Assembly: GCA_016787985.1 (NCBI GenBank)
Contig: JAEUTC010000043.1
Location: 17,145-81,144 of the forward strand
Length of the DNA: 64,000 nt
Direction: 5' to 3'
DNA from: Flavobacteriales bacterium
GTDB taxonomy: Bacteria > Bacteroidota > Bacteroidia > Flavobacteriales_F > PHOS-HE28
Below are positions 1 to 9,280 of the stretch, piece after piece. Under the pieces are notes generated by a model that saw only the letters and a list, made by a program, of their open reading frames with translations, was not told where the DNA came from and searched no databases. Positions within the stretch are counted from its first letter, which is position 1; each line of letters opens with the position of its first letter. A program made the translations under genes and the position numbers.

Positions 1-109
1 CTGCTCCACCTCACAGCCATCCACTTCCATCCCCTTCGAGCCACTGTCGGCACCGGATACCGTATGGACAGAGGCGGCGCTAGCAGCGCTGGAACGGTCC
101 CATCAAATA

Positions 110-1774
110 GTGTATGCCGACCAGCGACGCATCACGAACGGACCACAAGGCGACATGTTGGAGGGCGCCAAGCTGGTGAAGCCCGGCCGTGGCTTCTGGT
201 CGGTCTACCACCTGCCGGTTTTGATCAGCGCACCCCAACAGGACTATGCCATCGAAGGGTTCAGTGAAGACGGCAGATACCTAAGGCTGACCCAACGGTC
301 GGGCAGCCTCACGCGTGGCCATGAGAACGCGACCGTGGATCTTCTTTGGGTGGATCTTGAACGTGCCACCTATGCGACCATCAATGTCCGAACGTTCGAC
401 CAGCAATGGGATATGGATGGGGCGGGCACCGATACCAAAGGCCGCATAAGCATCGATTCGGCAGTGGTGACCTGCGCAGGCTCCCATCTATACATCACCC
501 ATGGATGTAAGGTAGATGGTCGTTCAGTGCCGTGCGAAGATCCTGGTGGGGCCTATCTCATCACACCCGAATCGCTGGTGCTCGACACGACCATCTCGGT
601 AGCCCGAACAGACATCGCCGACAATGGACCTCCCGCTCTATTGACCGCGATCGACAGGGCCAGCTTCGTAGAACTGGCGCGCTTATGCCCAGGTGATAGA
701 GGAACACGATCCACATTGGCACCATTGGATGGTGGTGCACGCGAACGACTGCTCCAAGACCATGCCCCTCGTTATGCGAACTGCGCCCTCTCCTACGGCT
801 GGTTGTTGCAGGAAGGACCGCAGACGCGTATCATGCTTCTTTCCGACCGGGATGATGACCATGATCTGCTCTGGTTGGCCTACGACGATGCGGGTAAGCT
901 GGTCGGTTTGGATACCATGGCCTCCCAGTGGGGCGATGGTCAGTTGATCCGTTGGGAATGTGCGGACATTGACCCGTACGGTAACCTCCGAGTAGAAGCG
1001 GTGGAGGAAGAGACTTTGCGCGATGAAGTGGATACCATGGCCTACCGTCGCGACACACTGATCTACACGATCCGGGTCGAAGGCACAGGTCTCTTGGATG
1101 AACAAGGAGAGGTCCGATCGCACTACGCACTTAAGCGACTCCCCGAGGATCTGACGCGATGCTGGGTGGAAAAGCACGCCGCAGCCAATAGACCACCCTA
1201 CCCGTGGAAGTCACTGCGTACGGTGATACCGGAGGATCGGAAGGTGTTCCAACACGTGATAGGCGACTTGAACCGGGATGGTGCGCAGGACCATGTGCTT
1301 GTGTTGACCAACGAAGCGGATGACGGACCTCGCGACCTCCTCATCGCCTTCACCGCGGTCGATCGTGGACAATACGTGCAGCATTCGCTCTTAAAGGCCT
1401 TCCTCCCCGAGAAGACCAGTGGTGGGTTCCATGATCCGATCGGCGAAGAAGGGATCAGCGGGATCTCGATCAACGCAGACACACTGGTGATCACACAATT
1501 CGGTGGTAGTGCCTGGAAGTGGACCAGTACTGACAAATATGTACACGATGGAAGGCGGAACGCATTCTACCTCGTGGAAACCGGTGGACGTAGTTTCCAC
1601 GCGGCCGGAGAAGAAGGCCTGCATGAAGAGCTGAAAGAGCTTGCCATCTTGAAAGCTCGACAAAAGCTCACCCCAGAACAGAGGGTCCGCTACACAGAAC
1701 TGAAGGATCTCGAGGAGAAGGCCACCTGGCGGTCAACACGTTTTGCAGTGGGCCAGAAGCCCATGGCGCGTTGA
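110..1774 (+). CDS. Hypothetical protein (554 aa from the first listed start); possibly 5'-truncated by the window edge
   Basis: Long ORF with ordinary amino-acid composition, unlike an antisense shadow. Contains a DLNRDGAQDHVLVL FG-GAP/VCBS-like loop, but no family was recognised. I translated the same frame from nt 2 and found no stop before nt 110, so the N-terminus may lie outside the window. Confidence 0.6.
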   Translation: MYADQRRITNGPQGDMLEGAKLVKPGRGFWSVYHLPVLISAPQQDYAIEGFSEDGRYLRLTQRSGSLTRGHENATVDLLWVDLERATYATINVRTFDQQWDMDGAGTDTKGRISIDSAVVTCAGSHLYITHGCKVDGRSVPCEDPGGAYLITPESLVLDTTISVARTDIADNGPPALLTAIDRASFVELARLCPGDRGTRSTLAPLDGGARERLLQDHAPRYANCALSYGWLLQEGPQTRIMLLSDRDDDHDLLWLAYDDAGKLVGLDTMASQWGDGQLIRWECADIDPYGNLRVEAVEEETLRDEVDTMAYRRDTLIYTIRVEGTGLLDEQGEVRSHYALKRLPEDLTRCWVEKHAAANRPPYPWKSLRTVIPEDRKVFQHVIGDLNRDGAQDHVLVLTNEADDGPRDLLIAFTAVDRGQYVQHSLLKAFLPEKTSGGFHDPIGEEGISGISINADTLVITQFGGSAWKWTSTDKYVHDGRRNAFYLVETGGRSFHAAGEEGLHEELKELAILKARQKLTPEQRVRYTELKDLEEKATWRSTRFAVGQKPMAR

Positions 1775-1827
1775 TCGGATCCGCAGGCTGTCGTCCTTCT
1801 CCTGCATCAAGAGGCACGCATCCTCAT

Positions 1828-2175
1828 CTACGAAGACAATGGCCTTGAACAGCTTCGGGTTTCACCGCTCGTGCGGCTACGGATCGGACTAAGACAGGAC
1901 TTCGCCATCGCAAATGATGCTCGGAACCGTCCGGACTGTGCTGGTTCCGCGAGAAATCCCTTCACCTTCAACCCATCCGAGATATAGGTGATCCGGTACA
2001 CGATCACGGCAGCAAGCAGCCTATCCCCTTCGGGCATGGAAGTGCGCATATCGTCCACGATCTTCTTGGGCCATTCGAAGGGAGTGCCGTCGAGCAAGGT
2101 TCCGTCTTGAGCGAACACTGGAGCTGAGGCTCCTGCCAAGAGGCACTGGAAATGGATGAAGAGCGCGCTACGCAT
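1828..2175 (-). pseudogene. Probable truncated remnant of a secreted alpha/beta-hydrolase (dienelactone hydrolase / S9-like)
   Basis: Signal-like N-terminus (LLAGASAPVFAQ) followed by YRITYISDGLKVKGFLAEP, an N-terminal pattern typical of this hydrolase class. After about 85 aa the sequence becomes low-quality (RFRASFAMAKSCLSPIRSRTSG) and stops. I translated the other two frames and neither restores a hydrolase body. Confidence 0.4.
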
Positions 2176-2327
2176 GAGTACAAAGTACTAAGGCGATTTT
2201 ACGGCTGGCTCAGAGGATGCACGATGGCCAGAGGCACCTTGACCCGTGTGGTGAATAGCGGACCTATTCTCCGCATATTTGACGGACATTCGCTAGAGCG
2301 GATCCATCATCATCGGAAGAACGCACC

Positions 2328-2906
2328 ATGAACCCCAAAGTCGACTGGTTCTTCGAGAAGGAAGGGCCCTGGCAGAAATGCTATGCCAAGCTGCGCACTT
2401 TGGCACTGGACAGCGGCCTCACCGAGGAACTCAAGTGGGGCCATCCCTGCTACACGCTCAAGGGCAAGAACGTATTCCTCATCCACGGCTTCAACGACTA
2501 TTGCGCGTTGCTCTTCCACAAAGGCGCGTTGTTGAAGGACGACCACGGCCTCCTCGTACAACAGACGGCCAACGTGCAAAGCGCTCGGCAGATCCGCTTC
2601 ACCAGCCTGAAGGAGATCACGAAGCTCGCACCGGTGCTGCGCAGCTACATGCAGCAGGCCATCGCAGTGGAACAAGCCGGCATGAAAGTGCCGATGAAGA
2701 AGACCACGGAGTTCGACATGCCGGAGGAGTTCGCGATGCAGTTGAAGGCAATGCCGGCATTGAAGAAGGCGTTCTTCGCGTTGACACCGGGTCGACAGCG
2801 CGGATACCTCCTGTACTTCGCGAGCGCCAAGCAAAGCAAGACACGTGAAACACGCATCGAGAAGAACGTGGAGCGTATCCTCGCCGGAAAGGGCTTGGAT
2901 GACTAG
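2328..2906 (+). CDS. YdeI/OmpD-associated family protein with an N-terminal DUF1801 (YdhG-like) domain
   Basis: 192 aa. N-terminal ELKWGHPCYTLKGKNVFLIHGF pattern and C-terminal LTPGRQRGYLLYFASAKQSKTRETRIEK pattern, both typical of the DUF1801/YdeI family. Confidence 0.8.
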   Translation: MNPKVDWFFEKEGPWQKCYAKLRTLALDSGLTEELKWGHPCYTLKGKNVFLIHGFNDYCALLFHKGALLKDDHGLLVQQTANVQSARQIRFTSLKEITKLAPVLRSYMQQAIAVEQAGMKVPMKKTTEFDMPEEFAMQLKAMPALKKAFFALTPGRQRGYLLYFASAKQSKTRETRIEKNVERILAGKGLDD

Positions 2907-3273
2907 AACGACACACATACCCATGCTCACCGCCATCATCCCCAAGCTGCCCATGCGCGACCCGGCGGCTACACGTGCCTACTATGTGGACCAACTCGGT
3001 TTCACGGTGGAAGGGAAATATGAGAACTACCTCATCGTGGAACGCGACGGTGTGGAGTTGCACTTCTTCCTTTTTGAAGACCTCGATCCCAAGGAGAATT
3101 ACGGCCAGGTCTATATCCGGGTGAACGGTATCGATGCGCTACACGACGCATGGTCCGCACAAGGCGTGCGCATCCATCCCAACGGAGCGCTTAGCGACAA
3201 GCCATGGGGACAGCGTGAATTCGCGTTGTTGGACCCGGACCATAACCTGTTGACGTTCGGTGAAGCCCTATGA
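2899..3273 (+). CDS. VOC (glyoxalase/bleomycin-resistance) family protein
   Basis: MLTAIIPKLPMRDPAATRAYYVDQLGF...PWGQREFALLDPDHNLLTFGE matches the VOC fold pattern. I chose the ATG at 2899, which forms an ATGACTAG overlap with the upstream stop, over the listed upstream start at 2845. Confidence 0.8.
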   Translation: MTRTTHIPMLTAIIPKLPMRDPAATRAYYVDQLGFTVEGKYENYLIVERDGVELHFFLFEDLDPKENYGQVYIRVNGIDALHDAWSAQGVRIHPNGALSDKPWGQREFALLDPDHNLLTFGEAL

Positions 3274-3710
3274 CCGCGGAGAGGAAGCGGACTTCGCAGC
3301 TACTGACCGGAGGCACGCGCTTCGCAGCCGTTTCCGACCTCCTGGACTTCCTACCTGCCGACGAGCGCGCCCTGACCGAGCGATTACGGGAGCTCATCAT
3401 TTCCGAAGTGCCGGAACTGAAAGAGCGACTTAGCTTCAACGTGCCGTTCTACAAAGGTCGGCGTGACGTATGTTTCCTCTGGCCTGCATCGGTACTATGG
3501 GGAAGGACGAAGACCTACGAGGGGGTGCGCTTCGGGCTGAGCTATGGGAGCCTGGTACCTGGCTGCGAGCCCTACCTGCAACGGGGAGAGCGCAAGCAGG
3601 TGTGCTGGCGGGACCTCCAGGAATTGACCGACCACGACGAACGAAGGATCCGCGCCCTACTGCGCGCAGCTGTCGTCGTGGATCAGGAACGGGCGGGTGG
3701 ACTGCGTTGA
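3270..3710 (+). CDS. DUF1801 (YdhG-like) domain protein
   Basis: 146 aa with LSFNVPFYKGRRDVCFLWP...GVRFGLSYG pattern. ATGA start/stop overlap with the upstream VOC gene. Confidence 0.7.
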   Translation: MTAERKRTSQLLTGGTRFAAVSDLLDFLPADERALTERLRELIISEVPELKERLSFNVPFYKGRRDVCFLWPASVLWGRTKTYEGVRFGLSYGSLVPGCEPYLQRGERKQVCWRDLQELTDHDERRIRALLRAAVVVDQERAGGLR

Positions 3711-3985
3711 GCGCGACGTGACCGAGACGCACCGCGCGCCATCCCGCTTTCAAAGTCGCATCAGCGGAAGGTTCGGGGCCTCCTCCCCTATGCCGATCCG
3801 CGCGTTATAACGAGCCGCTTTCAGGCTGCTCAGGTCGATCTTCGTTAACCGACCTGGGGTGGCTGGCGGAAGTACTAGATCGGCAGGTCGGGACAAAGAT
3901 CCTCTGTAGACGTAATGTAGCGCGTGAGCCCACACCTCGCCGTAGTGAAGTGGTGTGTTCACATTCGAACAGGGACCTCGATAAG

Positions 3986-5242
3986 ATGGAAACACACCGG
4001 ATCATGAACCGCCCCGCCTACCTCATTATCGGCCTTAGCGCACTGCTCTTCTCCTGCGGCGAGAGTGCCGAGAACACGATGGACCAATACGGCCAAGACC
4101 CCAGGATGAGCGAGTTGGAAGCGCGGATGGCGCAGATCACCGGCCAACCCGCACCAGAAGGCCAGTCAGCCAATGGCTGGGAACAACAGGGGGGTGAAGA
4201 AGGTGGATCAGGCTTCGCTCAACGAACTGCAACAGCAGCAGGCATGCGCACACATACCCTGAACAGTTCATCCTATAACGTTCCCTTCGCGCAGCTGGAT
4301 CTGCCCGCCCATTGGAACGTCCAAGGCATGGAAAGGGGCGACTGGACCGCGACGGCCCCCGGGGCGAACGTCAGGAACACGAAGCCCGCCAGCTTCATGA
4401 TGGTGGGTGGTCAGCTGGGTCAATTCTACCAGGCGAACGGACAGCAGATGCGTGCCCCGGTATCCCCTGAACAGGTGGTGATGCAGGACCTGGCTCCGCG
4501 GATGCGCCAGCAGGGCTACGAACTGGTCGGCCAAGCGCCAGCACCCGGCGTGGAACAGGTCGATCAGCGTGGCATGAACGGCTTGTACGTATCGGGGCAG
4601 GCACAAAAGACCTGCAAGGCCAACCTCAGCGAATGGCGGCGTGGCGACAAGCGGCTTGCCGTAGTGCTGCATTGGTTCAGCATCAGTAGTGCGGACATGG
4701 TGAACTGGGGCTACTACACCACCGAGTTGGAATCCACCGAAGGCACCTACGAACGTGAGAAGAGCGGATTGCTCAGTGGTCTCTCCACGATGCGTTTCAA
4801 TCCCGCCTACTTCGCGGCCCAGCACCGCCAAGCCAGACAGAAGGAGCAGGAGAGCATGGCCGCACACCAGCAGCAAATGATGAACAACCAGCAGAGCTGG
4901 AATGCCCACAACGCCCGCATGCGCAGCAACCAAGCCGCCTTCGATGCCAGCCAGGCCGCACACCGCGACATGGTGAACAGCGTGAACAACTCCATGATGG
5001 GCACCTGGAACAACACCAACGCCACCATGGATCGCATGCAGGATGCGACCATCAACGGTATCCGTGGGGAGCAGAACGCTTGGAACCCACAGACCGGCGA
5101 GCAAGGCAAGGTGGAAGCCGGGTACAACAACTACTGGGTGAACGGCGATGGCCAGTACTTCGGGACCAACGACGTCATGTATGACCCGAACGTGGGAAGT
5201 CAGTCGGGTGAACAATGGCAACAGATGGAGACCGAGCCGTGA
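3986..5242 (+). CDS. Lipoprotein of unknown function with a Q/N/M-rich C-terminal region
   Basis: METHRIMNRPAYLIIGLSALLFSCGES is a lipoprotein signal peptide with a lipobox Cys. The C-terminal ~130 aa are strongly Q/N/M-rich (HQQQMMNNQQSWNAHNARMRSNQ...). The start was trimmed from the listed 3950. Confidence 0.7.
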   Translation: METHRIMNRPAYLIIGLSALLFSCGESAENTMDQYGQDPRMSELEARMAQITGQPAPEGQSANGWEQQGGEEGGSGFAQRTATAAGMRTHTLNSSSYNVPFAQLDLPAHWNVQGMERGDWTATAPGANVRNTKPASFMMVGGQLGQFYQANGQQMRAPVSPEQVVMQDLAPRMRQQGYELVGQAPAPGVEQVDQRGMNGLYVSGQAQKTCKANLSEWRRGDKRLAVVLHWFSISSADMVNWGYYTTELESTEGTYEREKSGLLSGLSTMRFNPAYFAAQHRQARQKEQESMAAHQQQMMNNQQSWNAHNARMRSNQAAFDASQAAHRDMVNSVNNSMMGTWNNTNATMDRMQDATINGIRGEQNAWNPQTGEQGKVEAGYNNYWVNGDGQYFGTNDVMYDPNVGSQSGEQWQQMETEP

Positions 5243-5284
5243 TGGCACGCCGTGGAGTGGCTCAGGAGTATCGAACTTCGCCGC

Positions 5285-5977
5285 ATGCCCACGACGCCAT
5301 CGGTCATCATCCCGAAGTCGACCCTCAGCTTCCTCGACGACTTGGAGGCGCACAATGAAAAGCCCTGGTTCGAAGCGAACAAGCCCAGGTACCAGACCGC
5401 CCACGCGAACATGGTGGCCTTCGCCGAAGCGCTGTTGGAACGGATGCGGGTGCATGACAAGCTGAGCACCCCCAGCGGCGCGAAGAGCCTGATGCGCATT
5501 TACACGGATCAGCGTTTCCACAAGGACAAGCCGCCCTACGCGCCGCGTTTCGGAGGTCGCTTGGCACGGGTGAAGCCGGCCCTACGCGGGGGATACTTCT
5601 ACCGGATCCAGCCCGGTGATCGGTCGCACGTCACCTGCGGCTTCATGGGACCCGAACCGGAGGATCTTCGACTGATCCGGCAGGACATCGCCTACGACCA
5701 CGCCTCCTGGCGGAAGATCCTTCGTGGCAAGAACCTTCGCATCCACTTCGGAGAACTTTTCGGTGAGGAAGTGGCCACGGTCCCCCGTGGATATGCGAAG
5801 GACCACCCTGCTGCCGATCTCTTGCGGAAACGCCAATTCCTTCTTCGCCGCACGTTCACGGACAAAGAAGTCCTTTCGCCGGTATTCTTGGATGAAGTGG
5901 TGAAGACCTACCGCTCGGTACGTCCGTGGTTCGATCATATGACCGCTGTGCTGACCACCGACGGCAACGGAGCATAG
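5285..5977 (+). CDS. DUF2461 (TIGR02453) family protein
   Basis: LSFLDDLEAHNEKPWFEANKPRYQ...IYTDQRFHKDKPPYAPRFG...GGYFYRIQPG...LRKRQF are family-typical motifs. The start was trimmed to MPTTPS. Confidence 0.8.
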   Translation: MPTTPSVIIPKSTLSFLDDLEAHNEKPWFEANKPRYQTAHANMVAFAEALLERMRVHDKLSTPSGAKSLMRIYTDQRFHKDKPPYAPRFGGRLARVKPALRGGYFYRIQPGDRSHVTCGFMGPEPEDLRLIRQDIAYDHASWRKILRGKNLRIHFGELFGEEVATVPRGYAKDHPAADLLRKRQFLLRRTFTDKEVLSPVFLDEVVKTYRSVRPWFDHMTAVLTTDGNGA

Positions 5978-5978
5978 A

Positions 5979-6692
5979 TCAGGATCGCGTTCGGTCAGAC
6001 CGACCCAGGATGCGCATTTGCAGTACATCCACGAAGAAGGCGAAGGCCATGGAGCCATAGATGAAGCCCTTCGGGATCGGATGACCGGCTCCTTCGGCCA
6101 CCAGCGCCACGCCGATCACCATGAGGAAGCTGAGCGCGAGGATCTTGAAACTGGGGTGCTGGGCGATGAAAGCGGCGATGGGTTTCGCGGCCACGAGCAT
6201 GATCACCACGGTGACCACCACGGCCACGTACATCATCCACAATTCGTCCACCATCCCCACCGCGGTGATGATCGAATCCACCGAGAAGACGAGATCCAAC
6301 AGCAGCACCTGCATCAGCAATTGGTTGAAACCGGCGGCCTTGGTCTGCACGGCTGCGTTCGGTCCTTTCTCCCCGCTCAGGTGGAAGAGTTCGCGCGTGG
6401 CCTTGTACAGCAGAAAAACACCACCTACCAGCAGGATGAGTTCCTTCCCACTCACACCCTGTCCGAAGACCGTGAAGAGATCGGCATCGAGCTTCATGAT
6501 CCATGAGATCACTGCGAGCAGGCCCAGCCGCATGACCATGGCCAGGCCGATACCCAGCTTCCGCAGCTTGTCGCGTTGGGACTCGGGCAGTTTATCCGCC
6601 AGGATCGAGATGAAGATGATGTTATCGATGCCCAGTACCACCTCCAGGGTGATCAGCGTGAGCAGCGCGATCGTGATATCGAGGATCTCCAT
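5979..6692 (-). CDS. TerC family integral membrane protein
   Basis: LEVVLGIDNIIFISILADKLP and LLLDLVFSVDSIITAVGM are the paired TerC motifs. The protein is polytopic. Confidence 0.9.
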   Translation of the reverse strand: MEILDITIALLTLITLEVVLGIDNIIFISILADKLPESQRDKLRKLGIGLAMVMRLGLLAVISWIMKLDADLFTVFGQGVSGKELILLVGGVFLLYKATRELFHLSGEKGPNAAVQTKAAGFNQLLMQVLLLDLVFSVDSIITAVGMVDELWMMYVAVVVTVVIMLVAAKPIAAFIAQHPSFKILALSFLMVIGVALVAEGAGHPIPKGFIYGSMAFAFFVDVLQMRILGRSDRTRS

Positions 6693-6736
6693 GTTTTCGC
6701 ACTGATTCCGTCGGTATGCCCATCAGGGCGGGACGC

Positions 6737-7090
6737 TCAAGCCTTCTTCACGAACTCGCTCTTCAAGGCCATGGCGCCAAAGCCCTCGATGCGGCAATCG
6801 ATGTTGTGTCCCGCAGTACTGCGGGAGCCTTCCACGAGTTTAATGCCGCGCACTTTCGTTCCAGCCTTGAGCGCTTTGGGAGCGCCTTTCACGGCCAGGT
6901 CCTTCACCATCACCACATCATCGCCATCTTTCAGAATGTTGCCATTGGCATCCTTAACCACTGGACCGGCCGCTTCCGCCGCTACTTCCGCCGGGTTCCA
7001 CTCATGGCCGCATTCAGCGCACATCTGAGATGTCCCGGTGGGATAGGTGATCGTAGAGCGACATTCGGGGCAGGGGGTGGTATCGGGCAT
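6737..7090 (-). CDS. phnA: PhnA/YjdM-type zinc-ribbon protein
   Basis: N-terminal CPEC...CAECGHEW zinc ribbon plus a C-terminal [15 protein letters not shown]...[15 protein letters not shown]...[20 protein letters not shown] domain. Confidence 0.9.
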   Translation of the reverse strand: MPDTTPCPECRSTITYPTGTSQMCAECGHEWNPAEVAAEAAGPVVKDANGNILKDGDDVVMVKDLAVKGAPKALKAGTKVRGIKLVEGSRSTAGHNIDCRIEGFGAMALKSEFVKKA

Positions 7091-7196
7091 GGTGGCCGCG
7101 AAAGTACCGGTCTAGTTCGGATGTGCACCGTTGGAAGGGGGATGGAACGTGCGATCCGGAGCGAACCCTTCTACTGGGTTCGTGGTTCATTGCAGC

Positions 7197-8897
7197 ATGA
7201 ACCATACCCTAGCCTTCGCCTGTTGGTGCTCTTGTGCGCTGCCGGTTCACTCTCAAGAACCCTTGGAACACGTTTGGGCCCGGCGTGTGGGCAGCTCGAA
7301 CGAGAACGAGAAGCTCTGGCGTATGGCCGTGGACGAAGCCGGCAATGTCTTTGTAACAGGCTATTTCCGGGGCACCTTCGCAGAACAAGGTGTTTCGGTC
7401 ACCAGCGTAGGCGGCGCCGATGTACTCCTGCTGAAGTATTCATCACAAGGTGAACTACTGTGGGCCCGGTCGGCTGGTGGCCCACTTGGAGATGGTGCCT
7501 ATGGCATCGATACGGACAAGGATGGGAACGTGTACATTACGGGAACCTTCTCTGGGCTGGCCGTTTTCGGCGATACATTACTCGCTGTGAGCCATCCAGA
7601 GGAGATCGAGTTACCGTTCAGTTTCGTGGCCCGATACTCCTCATCCGGCGAGTTGGCTTGGGTGCGCGCGATGGAGGCAGAAATGGTAGCGGGTAGTTAT
7701 CCCTTTGGACAGAGCTATGCCGTGCGTGTAGGACCCGGTGGCGACCTGATCATTTGCGGCACCTACGCCTCAACTGATGCATCCGCCGGCAACCCTGCGT
7801 TAAGCACGCTCACCTTCGGAGGACAGCCGTTCAGGACATGCGGTCTTCCTTACGAATCGACCTACGTGATGCGAATGGACACCTTGGGCAACACCGAATG
7901 GGTGCACACCGTAGGTGGTCTTAATGGACAAGGGGTCTTCCAAAGCATCGCCTTCGACACGGGGGGTAACATCTGGGTGGGCGGGAACGTCGTTTCCAAC
8001 GCGGGATCCCCGTACGTGGATGGACCGGTGAACCTGGGCACGAGCGCCACGACGACCTACACCGGCGGGGTGATGCGGCTTAGCGGATCCGGTGATCCGA
8101 TCAGCGGCTTCCTGCTTTCGAGCACCAACACCAGCAACGTGGAGGACCTCATCGTTGCTGGGAATGGCGATATCTACCTCAGTGGCTGGCACCGAGGTTC
8201 GCTGTTCGCTTCGCCCTCAGCCACACAAGTGGATGGTTTCCTGATGCGTGTTTCCAACACCGGCTCACCCATCTGGACCAAGCGGCTCACGGGCCCTGGC
8301 AGCGACTTCTTCAGCGGTATAGCCACCACCACTGAACCCAACGAATTGGTAGGTGGCGCTTATTACTTCTTCGATGCGGACCTGGAAGGCGCCGACTTAG
8401 CCGCCAGCCCAGGGAATACGAGTGCGTTGGTCCGCCTCGATACCATGGGCACGGTGCTGGAGGTGGTCCAGCCGGAAGTGCTCTCCGGTTACAGCCTGAT
8501 CGCGGATGTGCAAAGCGACCTCTTCGGGAACTTCTACCTCTGTGGTGATGTCGGTGGTGAGGTGCGCTACGGACCCGACACCATCACATGCCTATCCCAA
8601 GACATGTACGTGGCCAAACTTTCGCCGCAACTATCCACCGGGCTAGAGCTGGTGGAGGTCAACGATCGGTCATTGCTGACCGGTTATCCGAATCCGACGG
8701 ATGGGCTCATCCGCATCAATGGTCCCTCTGCTTCAGGTTCATTCGATCTGTTCGATGCACGTGGCACGTTGGTAAGGCGCTTCACACGACCCGGCCAGGA
8801 CCCCGTACTCGACTTAGGCGGCTTGGCCTCCGGTATCTATGTGCTCTCCGATGGGCAGGGAGCGACCACTCGCATCGCACTGGAAGGAACTGATTAG
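7197..8897 (+). CDS. Secreted SBBP (beta-propeller) repeat protein with a T9SS C-terminal sorting domain
   Basis: Signal peptide MNHTLAFACWCSCALPVHSQ. SBBP-like repeats (DEAGNVFVTGYFRGTF, DKDGNVYITGTFSG). C-terminus YPNPTDGLIRI...GIYVLSDGQGATTRIALE matches the T9SS type A tail pattern. Confidence 0.8.
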   Translation: MNHTLAFACWCSCALPVHSQEPLEHVWARRVGSSNENEKLWRMAVDEAGNVFVTGYFRGTFAEQGVSVTSVGGADVLLLKYSSQGELLWARSAGGPLGDGAYGIDTDKDGNVYITGTFSGLAVFGDTLLAVSHPEEIELPFSFVARYSSSGELAWVRAMEAEMVAGSYPFGQSYAVRVGPGGDLIICGTYASTDASAGNPALSTLTFGGQPFRTCGLPYESTYVMRMDTLGNTEWVHTVGGLNGQGVFQSIAFDTGGNIWVGGNVVSNAGSPYVDGPVNLGTSATTTYTGGVMRLSGSGDPISGFLLSSTNTSNVEDLIVAGNGDIYLSGWHRGSLFASPSATQVDGFLMRVSNTGSPIWTKRLTGPGSDFFSGIATTTEPNELVGGAYYFFDADLEGADLAASPGNTSALVRLDTMGTVLEVVQPEVLSGYSLIADVQSDLFGNFYLCGDVGGEVRYGPDTITCLSQDMYVAKLSPQLSTGLELVEVNDRSLLTGYPNPTDGLIRINGPSASGSFDLFDARGTLVRRFTRPGQDPVLDLGGLASGIYVLSDGQGATTRIALEGTD

Positions 8898-8952
8898 AAC
8901 CAACTGGTTGGATCCAGCACAATAGCATGCCTCACCGTGCGTTGGGTGCATC

Positions 8953-9276
8953 GTGCTTCGGTTGACCCAAATCCTTTTCACCACTTCGCTCGTCGCCGGC
9001 TTCTGGTTGTGGTGGGTGTTGGACCACGTGGGACACGGTTACCCTCCGGAAGGCGGCTTCCTGCGCTGGTGGCATGACTTGGAGGGGCAGCCCGAGTTCT
9101 ACCTGCTCTTTGTCCAACTCACCTACCCGCTTTATTGGTGGCTGAGCCGCAACGTCAAATGGTCGGCGTTCTGGCGCACCTGGCGGACGGCCCACATGGC
9201 ATTGGTGCTCCTGCTTCTATTGGCTACGGGTCTTATGTGGCTGGCCACGCCGGACCTTGGTGGTCACTGGGGTTGA
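8953..9276 (+). CDS. Small hydrophobic hypothetical protein
   Basis: 107-aa ORF with a GTG start and 3-4 hydrophobic, Trp-rich segments. No family was recognised. It sits between two convergent large genes. Confidence 0.4.
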   Translation: MLRLTQILFTTSLVAGFWLWWVLDHVGHGYPPEGGFLRWWHDLEGQPEFYLLFVQLTYPLYWWLSRNVKWSAFWRTWRTAHMALVLLLLLATGLMWLATPDLGGHWG

Positions 9277-9280
9277 ACCG

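Noticed and set aside
4268-5521. 417-aa minus-strand ORF
   Set aside because: It is antisense to the lipoprotein and DUF2461 genes. Its composition is rich in H, R, G, V and L, typical of shadow ORFs in GC-rich DNA, and it has no motif.
6693-7130. Possible yybP-ykoY (Mn) riboswitch upstream of the TerC-family gene
   Set aside because: Only 44 nt separate the TerC gene from phnA, and about 40 nt lie upstream of phnA. That is too little room for the ~100+ nt riboswitch, and I saw no conserved motif.
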